Position numbers and translations under genes: made by a program. A stretch of DNA of 61,580 nt, counting the filler, from Sandaracinaceae bacterium (GTDB lineage: Bacteria; Myxococcota_A; Polyangia; Polyangiales; JADJQN01): assembly GCA_947483975.1 (NCBI GenBank). It is 19 parts of 19 records of this genome, joined end to end, with 100 filler letters (N's around TTAATTAATTAA, not from the genome) between each part and the next. Parts side by side here need not be neighbours in the genome. Positions count along the whole stretch, not along the records: positions 20,081 to 23,228 come from CANKOL010000500.1; positions 23,329 to 26,453 come from CANKOL010000501.1; positions 26,554 to 29,677 come from CANKOL010000502.1; positions 29,778 to 32,881 come from CANKOL010000503.1; 15 more parts are not named here. One strand, given 5' to 3'. This document shows, piece by piece, positions 20,643 through 31,180 of this stretch. Each line of letters begins with the position of its first letter. Positions within the stretch are counted from its first letter, which is position 1. The notes beneath the pieces are model-generated. The model saw only the letters and a program-made list of their open reading frames with translations. It made no database searches and had not been told where the DNA came from.

Positions 20643-22358
20643 ATGACGGACAAGGGCATCCTCGGGGTCGCGGCACGCGACGTCTCGCGCCTGCAGAAGG
20701 TCGCGAGCATCGTCGTCAAGCACGGCTTCGGCGAGGTGCTGATGCGCGTGCCCTTCGCCGCGCAGGTGCTCGGCGTCGACGCGTCGCGCGCGAAGGCCGA
20801 CGTCACGGGCACCGCGCCTGAGCGTTTTGCGCGCCTCCTCGGCGAGCTCGGGCCGACGTACATCAAGCTCGGTCAGGTCCTCTCGATGCGGTCGGATCTG
20901 CTGCCGCTCGACTACATCACCGCGCTGACGACCCTGCAGGATCGCGCGCCGGTGATCCCGATCGACGCCGTGAAGCGCGCCATCGAGGACGGCCTCGGCC
21001 GCCCGGTCACGGACCTCTTCGACGACTTCGAGGACGAGCCGCTCGCGACCGCCTCGATCGCGCAGACGCACCGCGCGACCACGAAGGACGGCCGCCGCGT
21101 CGTCGTGAAGGTGCAGCGCCCCGGCATCGGCGAGCTGATGCGCGGCGACCTCGATCTGCTCTACCTCGCGGCCCGCGGGCTCGAGGCGGGCATCGACGAT
21201 CTCCGCCTGCTCGCGCCGTCCCTGATCATCACCGAGTTCGAGAAGGCGCTGCTGCGCGAGCTCAATTTCACGGCCGAGCTCGTCAACCTCCTGCGCATGG
21301 GGCAGCTCCTCGAGGCGACGCCCGGCGTGATCGTCCCCGAGCCGCTCGCCGAGCTCTCGTGCCGCACCGTGCTCGTGATGCAGTACTTCAGCGGCGCGCC
21401 CGTGCGCGACCTCGAGCCGAAGAGCGAGCGCGCGAAGGAAGTGATCACGAAGCTCCTCGATGTGATGACGAAGGGCATCCTCGTCGACGGCTTTTTTCAC
21501 GGAGATCCGCACGCGGGGAACATCCTCGTCGGCGACGACGGCACGCTCTGCCTGATCGATCTCGGGCTCGTCGGCACGCTCTCGCCCGAGCAGCGCGAGG
21601 ACATCATCACGCTCGTCCTCGGCACGATCGTCGACGACGCCTCCACCGTCGCGCGCGTCCTGCTCAAGATGGGCACGCCGATGCAGCGCGTGAACATCGG
21701 CGAGCTGAAGGCGGAGATCACGCGCGTCCGCTCGCAGTACGTGATGGTCAAGAGCGTCGCCGAGCTCGACTCGCAGCGCTTCGTCGAAGAATTCGCCAAC
21801 GCCGCGCACAAATACCGAGTGCGCCTCGCGACCGAGTATTCGGTCCTCGTGAAGTCCGTCGCGACGATCGAGGGGCTCGTGCGGCGCCTCCATCCCGACG
21901 TCGACGCGATGGCCATCGTCAAGCCCTACGCCGAGCGGCTGCTCTCGGACCGCTACTCGCCGCAGGCGCTGCTGCAGCAAGCCCTCGGCGGCGCGACGGG
22001 CATCGCCTCGCTGATCCGCACGGTGCCCAACCACCTCGATCAGATCCTGCACGACCTCGAGACGGGCAACGTCCAGGTGCGCCCGCAGACTCCGATCCTC
22101 GACACGCTCCCCGACCGCGTCTATCAGAGCGCCTCACGCCTCGGCGTCGCGATCTTCTCGGCGTCGATGAGCATCAGCGCCGCGCTCGTGGTGCCCGACG
22201 ATTGGACGCGCCCGATGCAGTGGCTGAAGCTCGCGCTCTTCGTCGCCTTCAGCTCGTTCGCCGTCGCGGGCTGGATCGCGATGTGGTGGTGGCACTTCCT
22301 CGGGCAGGGCAAGCGCCTGCGCCTCGCGCCGCTGATCCAGTTCTTCCGCCGCCGCTGA
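20643..22358 (+). CDS. ABC1/AarF/UbiB-family atypical kinase
   Basis: LGPTYIKLGQ, ASIAQ.H.A, VKVQRP, FFHGDPHAGN and IDLG motifs; C-terminal TM segments. Confidence 0.92.
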   Translation: MTDKGILGVAARDVSRLQKVASIVVKHGFGEVLMRVPFAAQVLGVDASRAKADVTGTAPERFARLLGELGPTYIKLGQVLSMRSDLLPLDYITALTTLQDRAPVIPIDAVKRAIEDGLGRPVTDLFDDFEDEPLATASIAQTHRATTKDGRRVVVKVQRPGIGELMRGDLDLLYLAARGLEAGIDDLRLLAPSLIITEFEKALLRELNFTAELVNLLRMGQLLEATPGVIVPEPLAELSCRTVLVMQYFSGAPVRDLEPKSERAKEVITKLLDVMTKGILVDGFFHGDPHAGNILVGDDGTLCLIDLGLVGTLSPEQREDIITLVLGTIVDDASTVARVLLKMGTPMQRVNIGELKAEITRVRSQYVMVKSVAELDSQRFVEEFANAAHKYRVRLATEYSVLVKSVATIEGLVRRLHPDVDAMAIVKPYAERLLSDRYSPQALLQQALGGATGIASLIRTVPNHLDQILHDLETGNVQVRPQTPILDTLPDRVYQSASRLGVAIFSASMSISAALVVPDDWTRPMQWLKLALFVAFSSFAVAGWIAMWWWHFLGQGKRLRLAPLIQFFRRR

Positions 22359-22388
22359 GCCCCCCTCGCGCGCCGCAGACGACGCGCG

Positions 22389-22748
22389 TCAGTTCCCGAT
22401 GAGCACGCGCTTGGCGCCCGCGTCCTCGAGCCACTTCTTGACGCGCTCGCTCAGCTCCCCAGAGACCACGATGGTCTCCCCCTCGACGCTCGCCCCACAG
22501 CCGAGCGCCTTCTTCAGGTCGCGGCAGAGCCCTTCGAGCACGGCGTCGCCGCCGCGCAGACCCCCGACGACCGTCACCGTGCGCCCGCCGCGCCCCTTGC
22601 GGCTGCGTGAGACGACGACCTTGCCGCCGAACGGGTCGGCCACGGCGGGCGCCTTCGGTGCGGCGTCTTGGCGCGGTGCGGGACCCGCGGGAAGCGCGTC
22701 CCGGAGCCCGGCGAGCCCTGCGAAGGGACTCTTCGGCGGCGTCTTCAT
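22389..22748 (-). CDS. yciH: SUI1/YciH translation initiation factor
   Basis: SRKGRGGRTVTVV.GL...LKKALGCGASVEG..I.V.GE. Confidence 0.85.
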   Translation of the reverse strand: MKTPPKSPFAGLAGLRDALPAGPAPRQDAAPKAPAVADPFGGKVVVSRSRKGRGGRTVTVVGGLRGGDAVLEGLCRDLKKALGCGASVEGETIVVSGELSERVKKWLEDAGAKRVLIGN

Positions 22749-22828
22749 GGGGGTGGAGAATACCCTGCCGCGCCGGACAAGACAGCGACTCCGTTGACTC
22801 GACGCGCTCGCCCGGCCAGCGTCATCGG

Positions 22829-23197
22829 GTGTCCCGCCCACTCCAGCGCGCGCTGCGCCCCGCCGCCCTCGGAGCGCTCCTCGCCGCGTTCGGCAGCGCG
22901 CTCGCCGGAGCCGTCGTGTGCGCGTCGATCGGCTGCGTCAGCACGATGGAGTGCCGCGACTCGGTCGACCTCGCCGCGGGCAACGAGTGCGTCGTGCAAG
23001 GCGGCCCAGCCGAGGCGGTCGGCACCGCGGCCGCCGCCGGCGTGGTGTGGGGCGTCGCCGGCTGCCGCGTGAACGGCTGCCGCCCGCCGTACACCTGCAA
23101 TCACGACACGGGCTACTGCGAACCCGCGACGTGCAGCGAGGGGCACCCGTGTCCGCCCGGCTACACCTGCGATGACCGCGCTGGGCGCTGCGAGTAG
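22829..23197 (+). CDS. small Cys-rich secreted/lipoprotein
   Basis: Hydrophobic N-terminus, then GCRVNGCRPPYTC..DTGYC...C...CPPGYTC....RC; start uncertain. Confidence 0.55.
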   Translation: MSRPLQRALRPAALGALLAAFGSALAGAVVCASIGCVSTMECRDSVDLAAGNECVVQGGPAEAVGTAAAAGVVWGVAGCRVNGCRPPYTCNHDTGYCEPATCSEGHPCPPGYTCDDRAGRCE

Positions 23198-23328
23198 TCC
23201 GCATCGACTGCCACGCTCCCGTGAGCACNNNNNNNNNNNNNNNNNNNNNNNNNNNNNNNNNNNNNNNNNNNNTTAATTAATTAANNNNNNNNNNNNNNNN
23301 NNNNNNNNNNNNNNNNNNNNNNNNNNNN

Positions 23329-23666
23329 ATCTGAAAGACCATGCCGAATTTGCGGCGCGCCGGGACGAGGTCGACGTCCGAGAGCGAGGTGATGTCCTGC
23401 CCGTCGACGATGATCTGCCCGGCGTTCGGCTTCTCGAGCCGGATCAGCTGCCGCACCATCACCGTCTTGCCGGAGCCGGAAGCGCCGATGATCACGTTGT
23501 TCAGGCCGCGCAGGACGTCGAAGGTCACGCCGCGCAGGATCTCGTGCTCGCCGTAGCTCTTGTGCAGGTCGACGACGCGCACGTGGACGGGGTCCTTCTC
23601 CGCCGCCGCCGCGGACGCTTGCTTCGCCGACGCCTCGGCGTCGCGTCGCTCGGACCGTGCGCTCAA
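23329..23666 (-). CDS. mlaF: MlaF-like ABC transporter ATP-binding protein, 3'-partial
   Basis: Walker A GASGSGKT, RRKFGMVFQ; TTG start overlaps the mlaE stop. Confidence 0.8.
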
Positions 23667-24559
23667 AGCCCGCCCTGCCCCGTGATGATCGAGGTGATCA
23701 GGTAGTCGAGCACCAGGATCGAGACGGCGCTCTGCACGACGGCGCTCGTCGTCGCCTGCCCGACGCCCGCCGCGCCGCCCTTCGCGTAGAAGCCGTGCCT
23801 GCACGCGATCAGCGTGACCGTGAAGCCGAAGAACACGGCCTTGATCAGGCCCTGCGTGACGTCCTTCGCGTCGACGATCCACTTCACGTTCTCGGTGAAG
23901 ACGCCGGGGTCGAGCCCGAGGATCTGCACGCAGACGAGCCACGCGCCGAAGATGCCGATCAGATTGAACAGCATCGTCAGGAGCGGGAGCATGATCGCGC
24001 CGGCCAGAATGCGCGGCACGACGAGGTACTGGATCGGGTTGACCGCCATCGTCGTCAGCGCGTCGATCTGATCGGTGACGCGCATCGAGCCGAGCTCCGT
24101 GCTCATCGCGCTGCCCGCGCGCGCAGAGACCATCAGCGACGCGAACACCGGCGCGAGCTCCCGCGTCAGCGCCATGCCGACGACGGGTCCCGCTTGATTC
24201 TCTGCGCCGAACTGCCGGAAGCCGTCGACGAGCTGAATGCCGAAGACCATGCCGATGAAGAGGCCGGTCAGCCCGACGATGAAGAGCGACTGCACGCCGA
24301 CGAACTCGAGCGCAGCGAGCAACAGAGAGAATCGATAGGGCGGGCGGATACCCCAGAAGATCGCCTGCCCGAGCAGCGTCACGAGCATCCCGAGCTCCGT
24401 GAACAGGCGCATCGGGATGGCGAACACCGCGCGCCCGACGGCGAGGAGCGACGCCGACAGCGCGCGGCGCGGCTTCGCCACGGGCGCGTCAGCGCGCAAC
24501 TTCGCGTCGGGCGCGTCAGCGCTTGGCTGCTTTACGGGCGGAGGTGCGACCGCTGCCAC
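23663..24559 (-). CDS. mlaE: MlaE-family ABC permease
   Basis: RELAPV, RAGSAMSTELGSMRVTDQIDAL, LVVPR and GVGQATTSAVV motifs. Confidence 0.93.
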   Translation of the reverse strand: MAAVAPPPVKQPSADAPDAKLRADAPVAKPRRALSASLLAVGRAVFAIPMRLFTELGMLVTLLGQAIFWGIRPPYRFSLLLAALEFVGVQSLFIVGLTGLFIGMVFGIQLVDGFRQFGAENQAGPVVGMALTRELAPVFASLMVSARAGSAMSTELGSMRVTDQIDALTTMAVNPIQYLVVPRILAGAIMLPLLTMLFNLIGIFGAWLVCVQILGLDPGVFTENVKWIVDAKDVTQGLIKAVFFGFTVTLIACRHGFYAKGGAAGVGQATTSAVVQSAVSILVLDYLITSIITGQGGL

Positions 24560-24598
24560 GGGGCCGGTGTACCACGTCGGTCGGCGGTCACGCCCGAG

Positions 24599-25762
24599 CT
24601 ACGCGTAGAAGCGCGGCACGCGGCGCGAGACGTTCGTCAGCACCTCGTACGGGATGGTGCCCGCGGCGCGCGCGATGTCGTCCGCGCCGATCGAGGCGTC
24701 GCCCTGCGCGCCGAGCAGCACGACCTCGTCGCCGAGCGCGACGCCGGGGATGTCCGTGACGTCGAGCGTCGTCAGGTCCATCGAGACGTTGCCGGCGATG
24801 GGCGCGCGCGCGCCGTGCACGAGCATCTCGCCGCGGTTCGACACCGCGCGCAGCAGCCCGTCGCCGTAGCCGACGGGCACCGTCGCGATGCGCGTCGGGC
24901 GCTCCGCGCGAAACCTGCCGCCGTAGCCGACCGTCGCGCCGATGGGCAGATCGCGCAGCGCGATCACCTCGGTGCGCAGCCGCATCGTCGGGCGGAGCGC
25001 GCTCGCCTCGCCCGCGACGCGGGACGGCCAAGCCTGCACGCCGAAGAGCGCGATGCCTGGGCGCACCATGTCGAAGCGCGCCTCCGGGTGACGAAAGAGC
25101 CCGGCGCTGTTGGCCGCGTGCACGATGCGCGGCGCGTGCCCGTGCGCCGCGAGGAGCGCGCGCGCCTCGGCGAAGCGGCGCAGCTGCTCCTTCGTGAAGG
25201 CGTCGTCGCCGTCGGCGGACGCGAAGTGCGTCATCAGCCCATCGACGCGCGCGTGCGGCACCTTCGCGAGCCCCGCGAGGAAGTCGGCGAGCACGGGCAT
25301 CGGCACGCCGAGACGCGCGATCCCGGTGTCGACCTCGAGGTGAAAGCCGAAGGGCTTGCCGTTCGAGACGCGCGAGAACGCGCGCAGCGTCTCGAGCTCC
25401 GCGACGACGGGCGTCAGGCCAGCCTCGAGCACCTCGCGGTGCGCGCCCGCGTAGACGCCGTTGAGCACGAGGATCGGCGCGTCGATGCCCGCCTCGCGCA
25501 GCTCGAGGCCCTCCTCCGCGAGGGCGACGCCGAACGCCGCGACGCCCTCCTCTGCGAGCCGCGTCACGACCGGCACGACGCCGTGCCCGTAGGCGTCGGC
25601 CTTCACGATGGCGAGCACGCGCGCTCCCGCGGCCTCTGCGCGGACGATGCCGAGGTTGTGCACGAGGGCGTCGAGCGAGATCTCCGCGCGGGTCGGGCGC
25701 AGCGAGTCCTCCGCGGAGGTGACGCGAGGCCGCAGCGTGAGAGTGCGTTCGGGGGGCTGCAA
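24599..25762 (-). CDS. alr: alanine racemase
   Basis: VKADAYGHG, VDTGIARLG, THFASAD, HAANS, VRPGI, VGYGDG, VSMD and TIPYE motifs. Confidence 0.96.
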   Translation of the reverse strand: MQPPERTLTLRPRVTSAEDSLRPTRAEISLDALVHNLGIVRAEAAGARVLAIVKADAYGHGVVPVVTRLAEEGVAAFGVALAEEGLELREAGIDAPILVLNGVYAGAHREVLEAGLTPVVAELETLRAFSRVSNGKPFGFHLEVDTGIARLGVPMPVLADFLAGLAKVPHARVDGLMTHFASADGDDAFTKEQLRRFAEARALLAAHGHAPRIVHAANSAGLFRHPEARFDMVRPGIALFGVQAWPSRVAGEASALRPTMRLRTEVIALRDLPIGATVGYGGRFRAERPTRIATVPVGYGDGLLRAVSNRGEMLVHGARAPIAGNVSMDLTTLDVTDIPGVALGDEVVLLGAQGDASIGADDIARAAGTIPYEVLTNVSRRVPRFYA

Positions 25763-25913
25763 TGAAGCGGTTCCGTGCGGCCCGAGGATCGAGCGCGTGC
25801 GAGCGAGGGGTACCGGCGGGCCGCGGGAGCGTCAAGGTGCGGCGCGACGATGGGCGGCGCGCCGCGCTGCGCGACGCACCGCGAGGCCGCGTCGGACTAC
25901 ACTGCGCCGACCC

Positions 25914-26453
25914 ATGCGCCTGCCCTCCCATCGCTACGAAGATCCGCTCGATCGAATCTGGGTGACCTGCGCCGCGCGCATCGGCTTGCGGATGGGGCGC
26001 GCGCCCGACGTCTACGCGGCGACCGACGGCAAGGGCTCGCTGACGCTCTCGACCGATGACGGCTTCGACGCCGACGACTCGATCGCGCAGATGATCTATC
26101 ACGAGCTTTGTCACTCGCTGATCGAGGGCGCGGCGAGCTTCGATGAGCCGGATTGGGGGCTCGACAACTTCACCGCGCGGGACCTCGAGCGCGAGCACGC
26201 GTGCATTCGCCTGCAGGCGACGATCAACCGGCAGTACGGGCTGCGCGGGTTCTTCGCGCCGACGACGGTCTTTCGCGAGTACTCGGACGCGCTCCCCGAG
26301 GATGCGCTGCTCGGCGACTCGGACATCGTGCGCTCGGCGCGTCGGGCGGCCGCGCGCGTCGGGCGCGCACCGTGGGGACCGCACTTCGAGGAGGCGCTCG
26401 CCGCGACCGCCGCCGTGCTCGCCGCGACGCGCGACTACGGCGATGGACCGCCC
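25914..26453 (+). CDS. hypothetical protein with HExxH motif, 3'-partial
   Basis: ATG at 25914; AQMIYHELCHSLIEG...DWGL...EHAC. Confidence 0.6.
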
Positions 26454-26553
26454 NNNNNNNNNNNNNNNNNNNNNNNNNNNNNNNNNNNNNNNNNNNNTTA
26501 ATTAATTAANNNNNNNNNNNNNNNNNNNNNNNNNNNNNNNNNNNNNNNNNNNN

Positions 26554-26891
26554 CCGAGGCCCGCGCTTGCGGCGACCTGCGCGTCCGCGCTGCGCTGCTC
26601 GATGCTGCGTCCGCCGCGACGCAGCAGCGCGCCGCGCTCGCCGACACACGCGGCGCCGAGGTCCTGCACGTGCGCCTCCTGCTCGCGGGCTCGCCGCGTC
26701 CAGACGGAGTGGGCGTCGACGTGCGACTCGCCGATGGGCGCGTGCTCCGCCGCCGAACGCTCCCGAGCGGCCAACTCTTCGTCTTCGACCTCGCGGCGGG
26801 CCTCGCGGACGTCACGCTCCGCGCCGAACCCGACTACGCGCGCGACCCAGAGTCGCCTCCTTCCTCCGAGCCTCCCCCGTCAGCCCCGTAG
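26554..26891 (+). CDS. hypothetical protein, 5'-partial
   Basis: C-terminal fragment (VRLLLAGSPRPDGVGVDVRLADGRVLRRR...); convergent overlap with the radical SAM gene end. Confidence 0.35.
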
Positions 26892-27832
26892 TCCAGCCCG
26901 ACGACGTCGCGTAGCACGGGAATCGGCCGGTCGTCGGGCTCGGTCTCCGGCTGAAACTCCGCGTCTCCGTAGACCTTCAGATAGTCCTGTCGAAGGCCGT
27001 TGCAGCGCCGGCGCAGCGTGCATTTGATGCAACTCTCGAGATAATGGCCCCCTTCGATCGGAGACTCCTCGAGTCGAAATCGGTAGCCGCCTGGATTGGC
27101 CACGATCAGCTCGAGCGCGGCCGCGTGAAACAGGCACGCAGAGAGCCCTCGCGGCACCGTGCACGGCGGCGTGTGCAGCGAGGTGATGAAGTCCGTTCGA
27201 GCCGACAAATTCAGCGCGAGCGCCTCTCCGATCGCGTGAATGGCGTCGGCGATCTTCGGCACTTCGTCGGCGAGCGTCCCTTCGCCGAACTCAGTCGCCG
27301 AGAACAACCAGACGTTGAAGCGCTCGAGTCCGCGGGCGTGAAAGACTCGAATCATGTCCACGAACTCGGGCAGGCCGCTCCGATACAGCAAGATGTCCCC
27401 GTCGGCGGTCAAGCCTCGTCGGCACCACTCGTCGATGCCCCTCTGGAGGTGCTCGAAACATCCGGGGGTCTGCGTCAGTCGGTCGTGGGACGCGGCCGTC
27501 GCGCCCTTGATCGAGAAGGTCGTCTCGGTGATCCCTGCGTCGACACAGCGCGAGACGTAGTCGGGATACGACAAGAGCATCCCGTTCGTCTGGAGCTTGA
27601 CGCGCGTGTAGCCCATCGCCCGCGCCGCCCGCGCGATCGCGAAGAGATCGCGGCGCAGCGTCGGTTCACCGCCGCCGAGCCAGAGCCAGCGCGCGCCCTC
27701 CGCACGACCGTGGCGCAGGTGCTCGAGCGCCTCGCCCGTGCTCATGCGCGAGGCGTCGCCGCTGATCGAGTAGCAGCCCAGGCAGCGATTGTTGCAGCTG
27801 AAATCCCCGCTGAGTTCGAGCCACTTCGCCAT
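26834..27832 (-). CDS. radical SAM protein with C-terminal CxxCx5C cluster
   Basis: CNNRCLGC, GGGEPT, LQTNG, HD.LT..PG.F, PPC and CIKCTLRRRCNG...Y...G..E..P; alternative start at 27844. Confidence 0.9.
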   Translation of the reverse strand: MAKWLELSGDFSCNNRCLGCYSISGDASRMSTGEALEHLRHGRAEGARWLWLGGGEPTLRRDLFAIARAARAMGYTRVKLQTNGMLLSYPDYVSRCVDAGITETTFSIKGATAASHDRLTQTPGCFEHLQRGIDEWCRRGLTADGDILLYRSGLPEFVDMIRVFHARGLERFNVWLFSATEFGEGTLADEVPKIADAIHAIGEALALNLSARTDFITSLHTPPCTVPRGLSACLFHAAALELIVANPGGYRFRLEESPIEGGHYLESCIKCTLRRRCNGLRQDYLKVYGDAEFQPETEPDDRPIPVLRDVVGLDYGADGGGSEEGGDSGSRA

Positions 27833-27930
27833 GTTCTGACTCATATCACGGGAGCCCGCGCACGCGGCGGGCGACGCCCGAGCCTGCCGGCGACCTGTCC
27901 CGTTCGGGCGTTTTCGGTCATGATCCGGCG

Positions 27931-28869
27931 GTGAATACGCTCATCACTGGCGGCGCGGGCTTCGTCGGCTCGCGCCTCGCCATCGCCCTCGCGTCGGAGG
28001 GACACAGCGTCGTCGTCGCCGACAATCTCTCCGCTACGGCGGGGTGGCAGCTCCTCGGGCCACGGGTGGCGGGGGTGCTGCGCGCGCACGCCGATATCCG
28101 CATCCCAGACGACCTCGACCGACTTCCTGCGGGGCGCTGGGACCGCGTCTACCACTTGGCGGCGTCCTTCGCGAACGAGCGCTCCGTCGCGCACCCAGAG
28201 CTCGATGCGACGACGAACGTGGAGGGGACGCGCAACGTGCTCGCGCATGCGCGGGCGCGCGGCTGCGGGCTCTTCGTCTACGCGGGCAGTTCCTCGAGCT
28301 ACGGGGATGTCGAGCCACCGTTCCACGAGGACGGGGCCATGCGCCCCGGGACCCCCTATGCGCACACGAAGCTCGCGGGCGAGGCGCTGGTGCGCGGGTC
28401 CGGGCTCGAGCATGCCGTGCTCCGGCTGTTCAACGTCTACGGGCCCGGCGACGTCCCCGACCCCTGGCGCAACGCCATCCCGAACATGTTCGCTGCGCTC
28501 CACGCGCAGGAGGGCCGCATCACGCTCTTCGGCGAGGGAGCGACGCGTGACTTCACCTATGTCGGTGACGTCGTGAGGGCGCTGCTGCAGGCGGAGCGCG
28601 CGACAGGCACGGTCGTCAACGTCGCCACGGGGGTCGAGACCGCCGTCCGGGAGGTCGCGACGGCCTGCCTTCAAGTCGCAGACGCGCCGCGAGACCGCCT
28701 CGTCGTGGGGGATCGCCGCGGCTGGGACCGCGTGGTGCGCCGCGTCGCCGACGTCTCACGGATGCGACAGTTGTTCGGCTGGACTCCCGAGACCGGCCTC
28801 CCCGAGGGCTTGGCCGCGACGTTCGCTTGGCTGCGCGCCGAGGGTTTACTGAGCCGGACGGCACGATGA
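27931..28869 (+). CDS. NAD-dependent epimerase/dehydratase
   Basis: TGGAGFVG, HLAA, SSSSYG, YAHTK (YxxxK), RLFNVYGP and RDFTYV motifs. Confidence 0.92.
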   Translation: MNTLITGGAGFVGSRLAIALASEGHSVVVADNLSATAGWQLLGPRVAGVLRAHADIRIPDDLDRLPAGRWDRVYHLAASFANERSVAHPELDATTNVEGTRNVLAHARARGCGLFVYAGSSSSYGDVEPPFHEDGAMRPGTPYAHTKLAGEALVRGSGLEHAVLRLFNVYGPGDVPDPWRNAIPNMFAALHAQEGRITLFGEGATRDFTYVGDVVRALLQAERATGTVVNVATGVETAVREVATACLQVADAPRDRLVVGDRRGWDRVVRRVADVSRMRQLFGWTPETGLPEGLAATFAWLRAEGLLSRTAR

Positions 28870-29522
28870 AGCTCCCGAAGCGCGTGCTCTTCGTCGGCGC
28901 GCACTGTGACGACGTCGAACTCCTCGCCGGGGGGCTGCTCGCCCGCGCCTGCGAGGAGGCGCTCGACGTCGGCGTGCTCGTGTACAGCGATCATCGCGGC
29001 GTGCTCTCGGACCGACTCGCAGAGCAGGCGCGCGAGGAGTTTCGGGCAAACCTCGCGTGGCTCACCGGAGAGACCGGCACCCCCATCACCGATCACTCGA
29101 CCCTGATGCTCGGCGCGTGTGACGGGTCATTTCTCGCGCGGCGCGCCGAGATCTACGCGACGCTCGAGGGCCTGCGCGGTGCGTTCGACCTCGTCGTGAC
29201 GCACGCGCGCGGCGACACGAACCAGGACCATCGGCAAGTCGTCGAGGAGGCCACGCGCGCCCTCAAAGGGCACACGACGCTCGTCAGTGGCGAGTTCCCC
29301 AACAACGATATGGGGAGTTTCGATGCCGGTTTCTACGTCGCGCTCTCGTCGTTCGCGGTCGAGGCCAAGGCGAGGATGATCGAGGCCTATGCGTCGCAGC
29401 GTCGCGATGGGCGACCGTATCTCGACGGCACCGTCGCGCGCGCCCTCGCCCGGGTTCGCGGTTCCCAGATCCGCGCGGAAGCCGCCGAGGCGTTCGAGGT
29501 GGTCCGGGTGACGTTGCGCTGA
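28866..29522 (+). CDS. PIG-L family deacetylase
   Basis: GAHCDDVEL..GG, TH..D.NQDH, Y.SQ and AEAFE motifs; ATGA coupling to the epimerase. Confidence 0.85.
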   Translation: MKLPKRVLFVGAHCDDVELLAGGLLARACEEALDVGVLVYSDHRGVLSDRLAEQAREEFRANLAWLTGETGTPITDHSTLMLGACDGSFLARRAEIYATLEGLRGAFDLVVTHARGDTNQDHRQVVEEATRALKGHTTLVSGEFPNNDMGSFDAGFYVALSSFAVEAKARMIEAYASQRRDGRPYLDGTVARALARVRGSQIRAEAAEAFEVVRVTLR

Positions 29523-29538
29523 CGCTGCCGCGCTCTAG

Positions 29539-29677
29539 GTGCGTGTCGGGCAAATAGTCGCGCCGGGGATCGACATCTGGATCGCGGGCCGTATTTGATA
29601 GCGCATGGCGAAGGGCTACCTGCCGTACGACATCGATCAGCGACTGCTTCTGCCGCCTGACCTGCGTGAGTGGCTGC
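29539..29677 (+). mobile_element. IS1182-family element, left end (transposase starts at 29605; cut by contig edge)
   Basis: ATG at 29605 gives MAKGYLPYDIDQRLLLPPDLREWL, the typical IS1182 N-terminus. Candidate left end GTGCGTGTCGGGCAAATAG follows a CTAG at 29535-29538. Confidence 0.7.
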
Positions 29678-29777
29678 NNNNNNNNNNNNNNNNNNNNNNN
29701 NNNNNNNNNNNNNNNNNNNNNTTAATTAATTAANNNNNNNNNNNNNNNNNNNNNNNNNNNNNNNNNNNNNNNNNNNN

Positions 29778-31180
29778 CGCGCGGGGACGCGTCGGCTGCG
29801 CAGCGCGGATCGGTGCCCGCGGGCGGTGCGTCGGGCGGCTCGAGCCTCGGCGCGGCGAAGAATTCGCTGAGCGCGAAGTCGAGCGGCGCGAGCGGGCTCG
29901 CAGCGCGGGAGCGCGACGGCAGCGCAGCAGCGGGCGTCGACGCGCTGACGCTGCGCTCGGTCGCGAGCACGGTCCGCGTCGACATCCGCAAGCTCGATCA
30001 TCTGATGAACGTCGTCGGCGAGCTCGCGATCGTGCGCGCCGCGGTCTCGCGCATCTCGGACAAGCTGCGCGCGCGCCCGGATATGCGGCAGCTCGCGACC
30101 GAGCTGCACCGCATCCATCGCGGCTTCGAGCGTCACCTCGAGGACCTGCAGGACGGCATCCTCGACGTCCGCATGGTGCCGCTCGGGCAGGTCTTCGAGA
30201 AGCTCGGGCGCGTGATCCGGCAGGTCGCGCGCGACCACAGCAAGGAGATGCGCCTCGTCGTGACCGGCGCAGAGACCGAGGTCGACAAGCTGATCGTGGA
30301 GGAGCTCAGCGACCCGCTGATGCACCTGATCCGCAACGCGATCGACCACGGCATCGAGACGGCCAAGCTCCGCGAGCTCGCGGGCAAGCCCAAGGCGGGC
30401 ACGCTCGCGCTCAACGCCTATCAGAAGGGCAATCACGTCCTCATCGAGGTCGAGGACGACGGCGCGGGGATGGACCACCAGCGCTTGCTCGACACCGGGC
30501 TCAAGCGCGGGCTGATCACCGCGGACCAGGCGAAGGAGATGTCGCGCAGCGAGGCGATGAACCTGATCTTCGTCCCGGGCTTCAGCACGCGCGACGAGGT
30601 CACCGACCTCTCCGGGCGCGGCGTCGGCATGGACGTCGTCAAGACGAACATCTCGCGCCTCGGCGGCGTCGTCGACGTCACGAGCGAGCAGGGGATCGGC
30701 ACCAAGTTCACGATCACGCTGCCGATCACGCTCGCGATCATCAGCGCGCTCGTCGTGCGCGTCGCGGGGCGCACGTACGCGCTCTCGCTCTCGTCCGTGC
30801 AAGAGGCGCTGCTCTTCGACGCCAAGGCGGTGCGCACCGTCGAGGGGCGCGAGGTGCTCACGCAGCGCGGCGCGACGCTGCCGCTTTGCAGGCTCGCGGC
30901 GCACTTCGGACATCAGGCGAGGGGGCCCGTGGGGCGCGGTTATGTGGTCGTCACCCAGATCGGGCAGCGGCGCGTGGGCTTCGTCGTCGACCAGCTCGTC
31001 GGGCAGCAGGACATCGTCATCAAGGCGCTCGGACCGAGCCTGCGCGGCTTGCCGGGCTTCGCTGGCGCGACGGACCTCGGCGATCAGCAGGTCGCGCTCG
31101 TCCTCGACGCGGCGGCGCTGATGGAAGAAGTGCTCGGCGTCACCAGCGGGCGCGCCGAGCGACTGGGAGCGGTCCCGTGA
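29778..31180 (+). CDS. cheA: chemotaxis histidine kinase CheA, 5'-partial
   Basis: VRVDIRKLDHLMNVVGEL, HLIRNAIDHGIE, DDGAG, GFST, SGRGVGMDVV and a C-terminal CheW-like domain. Confidence 0.95.
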
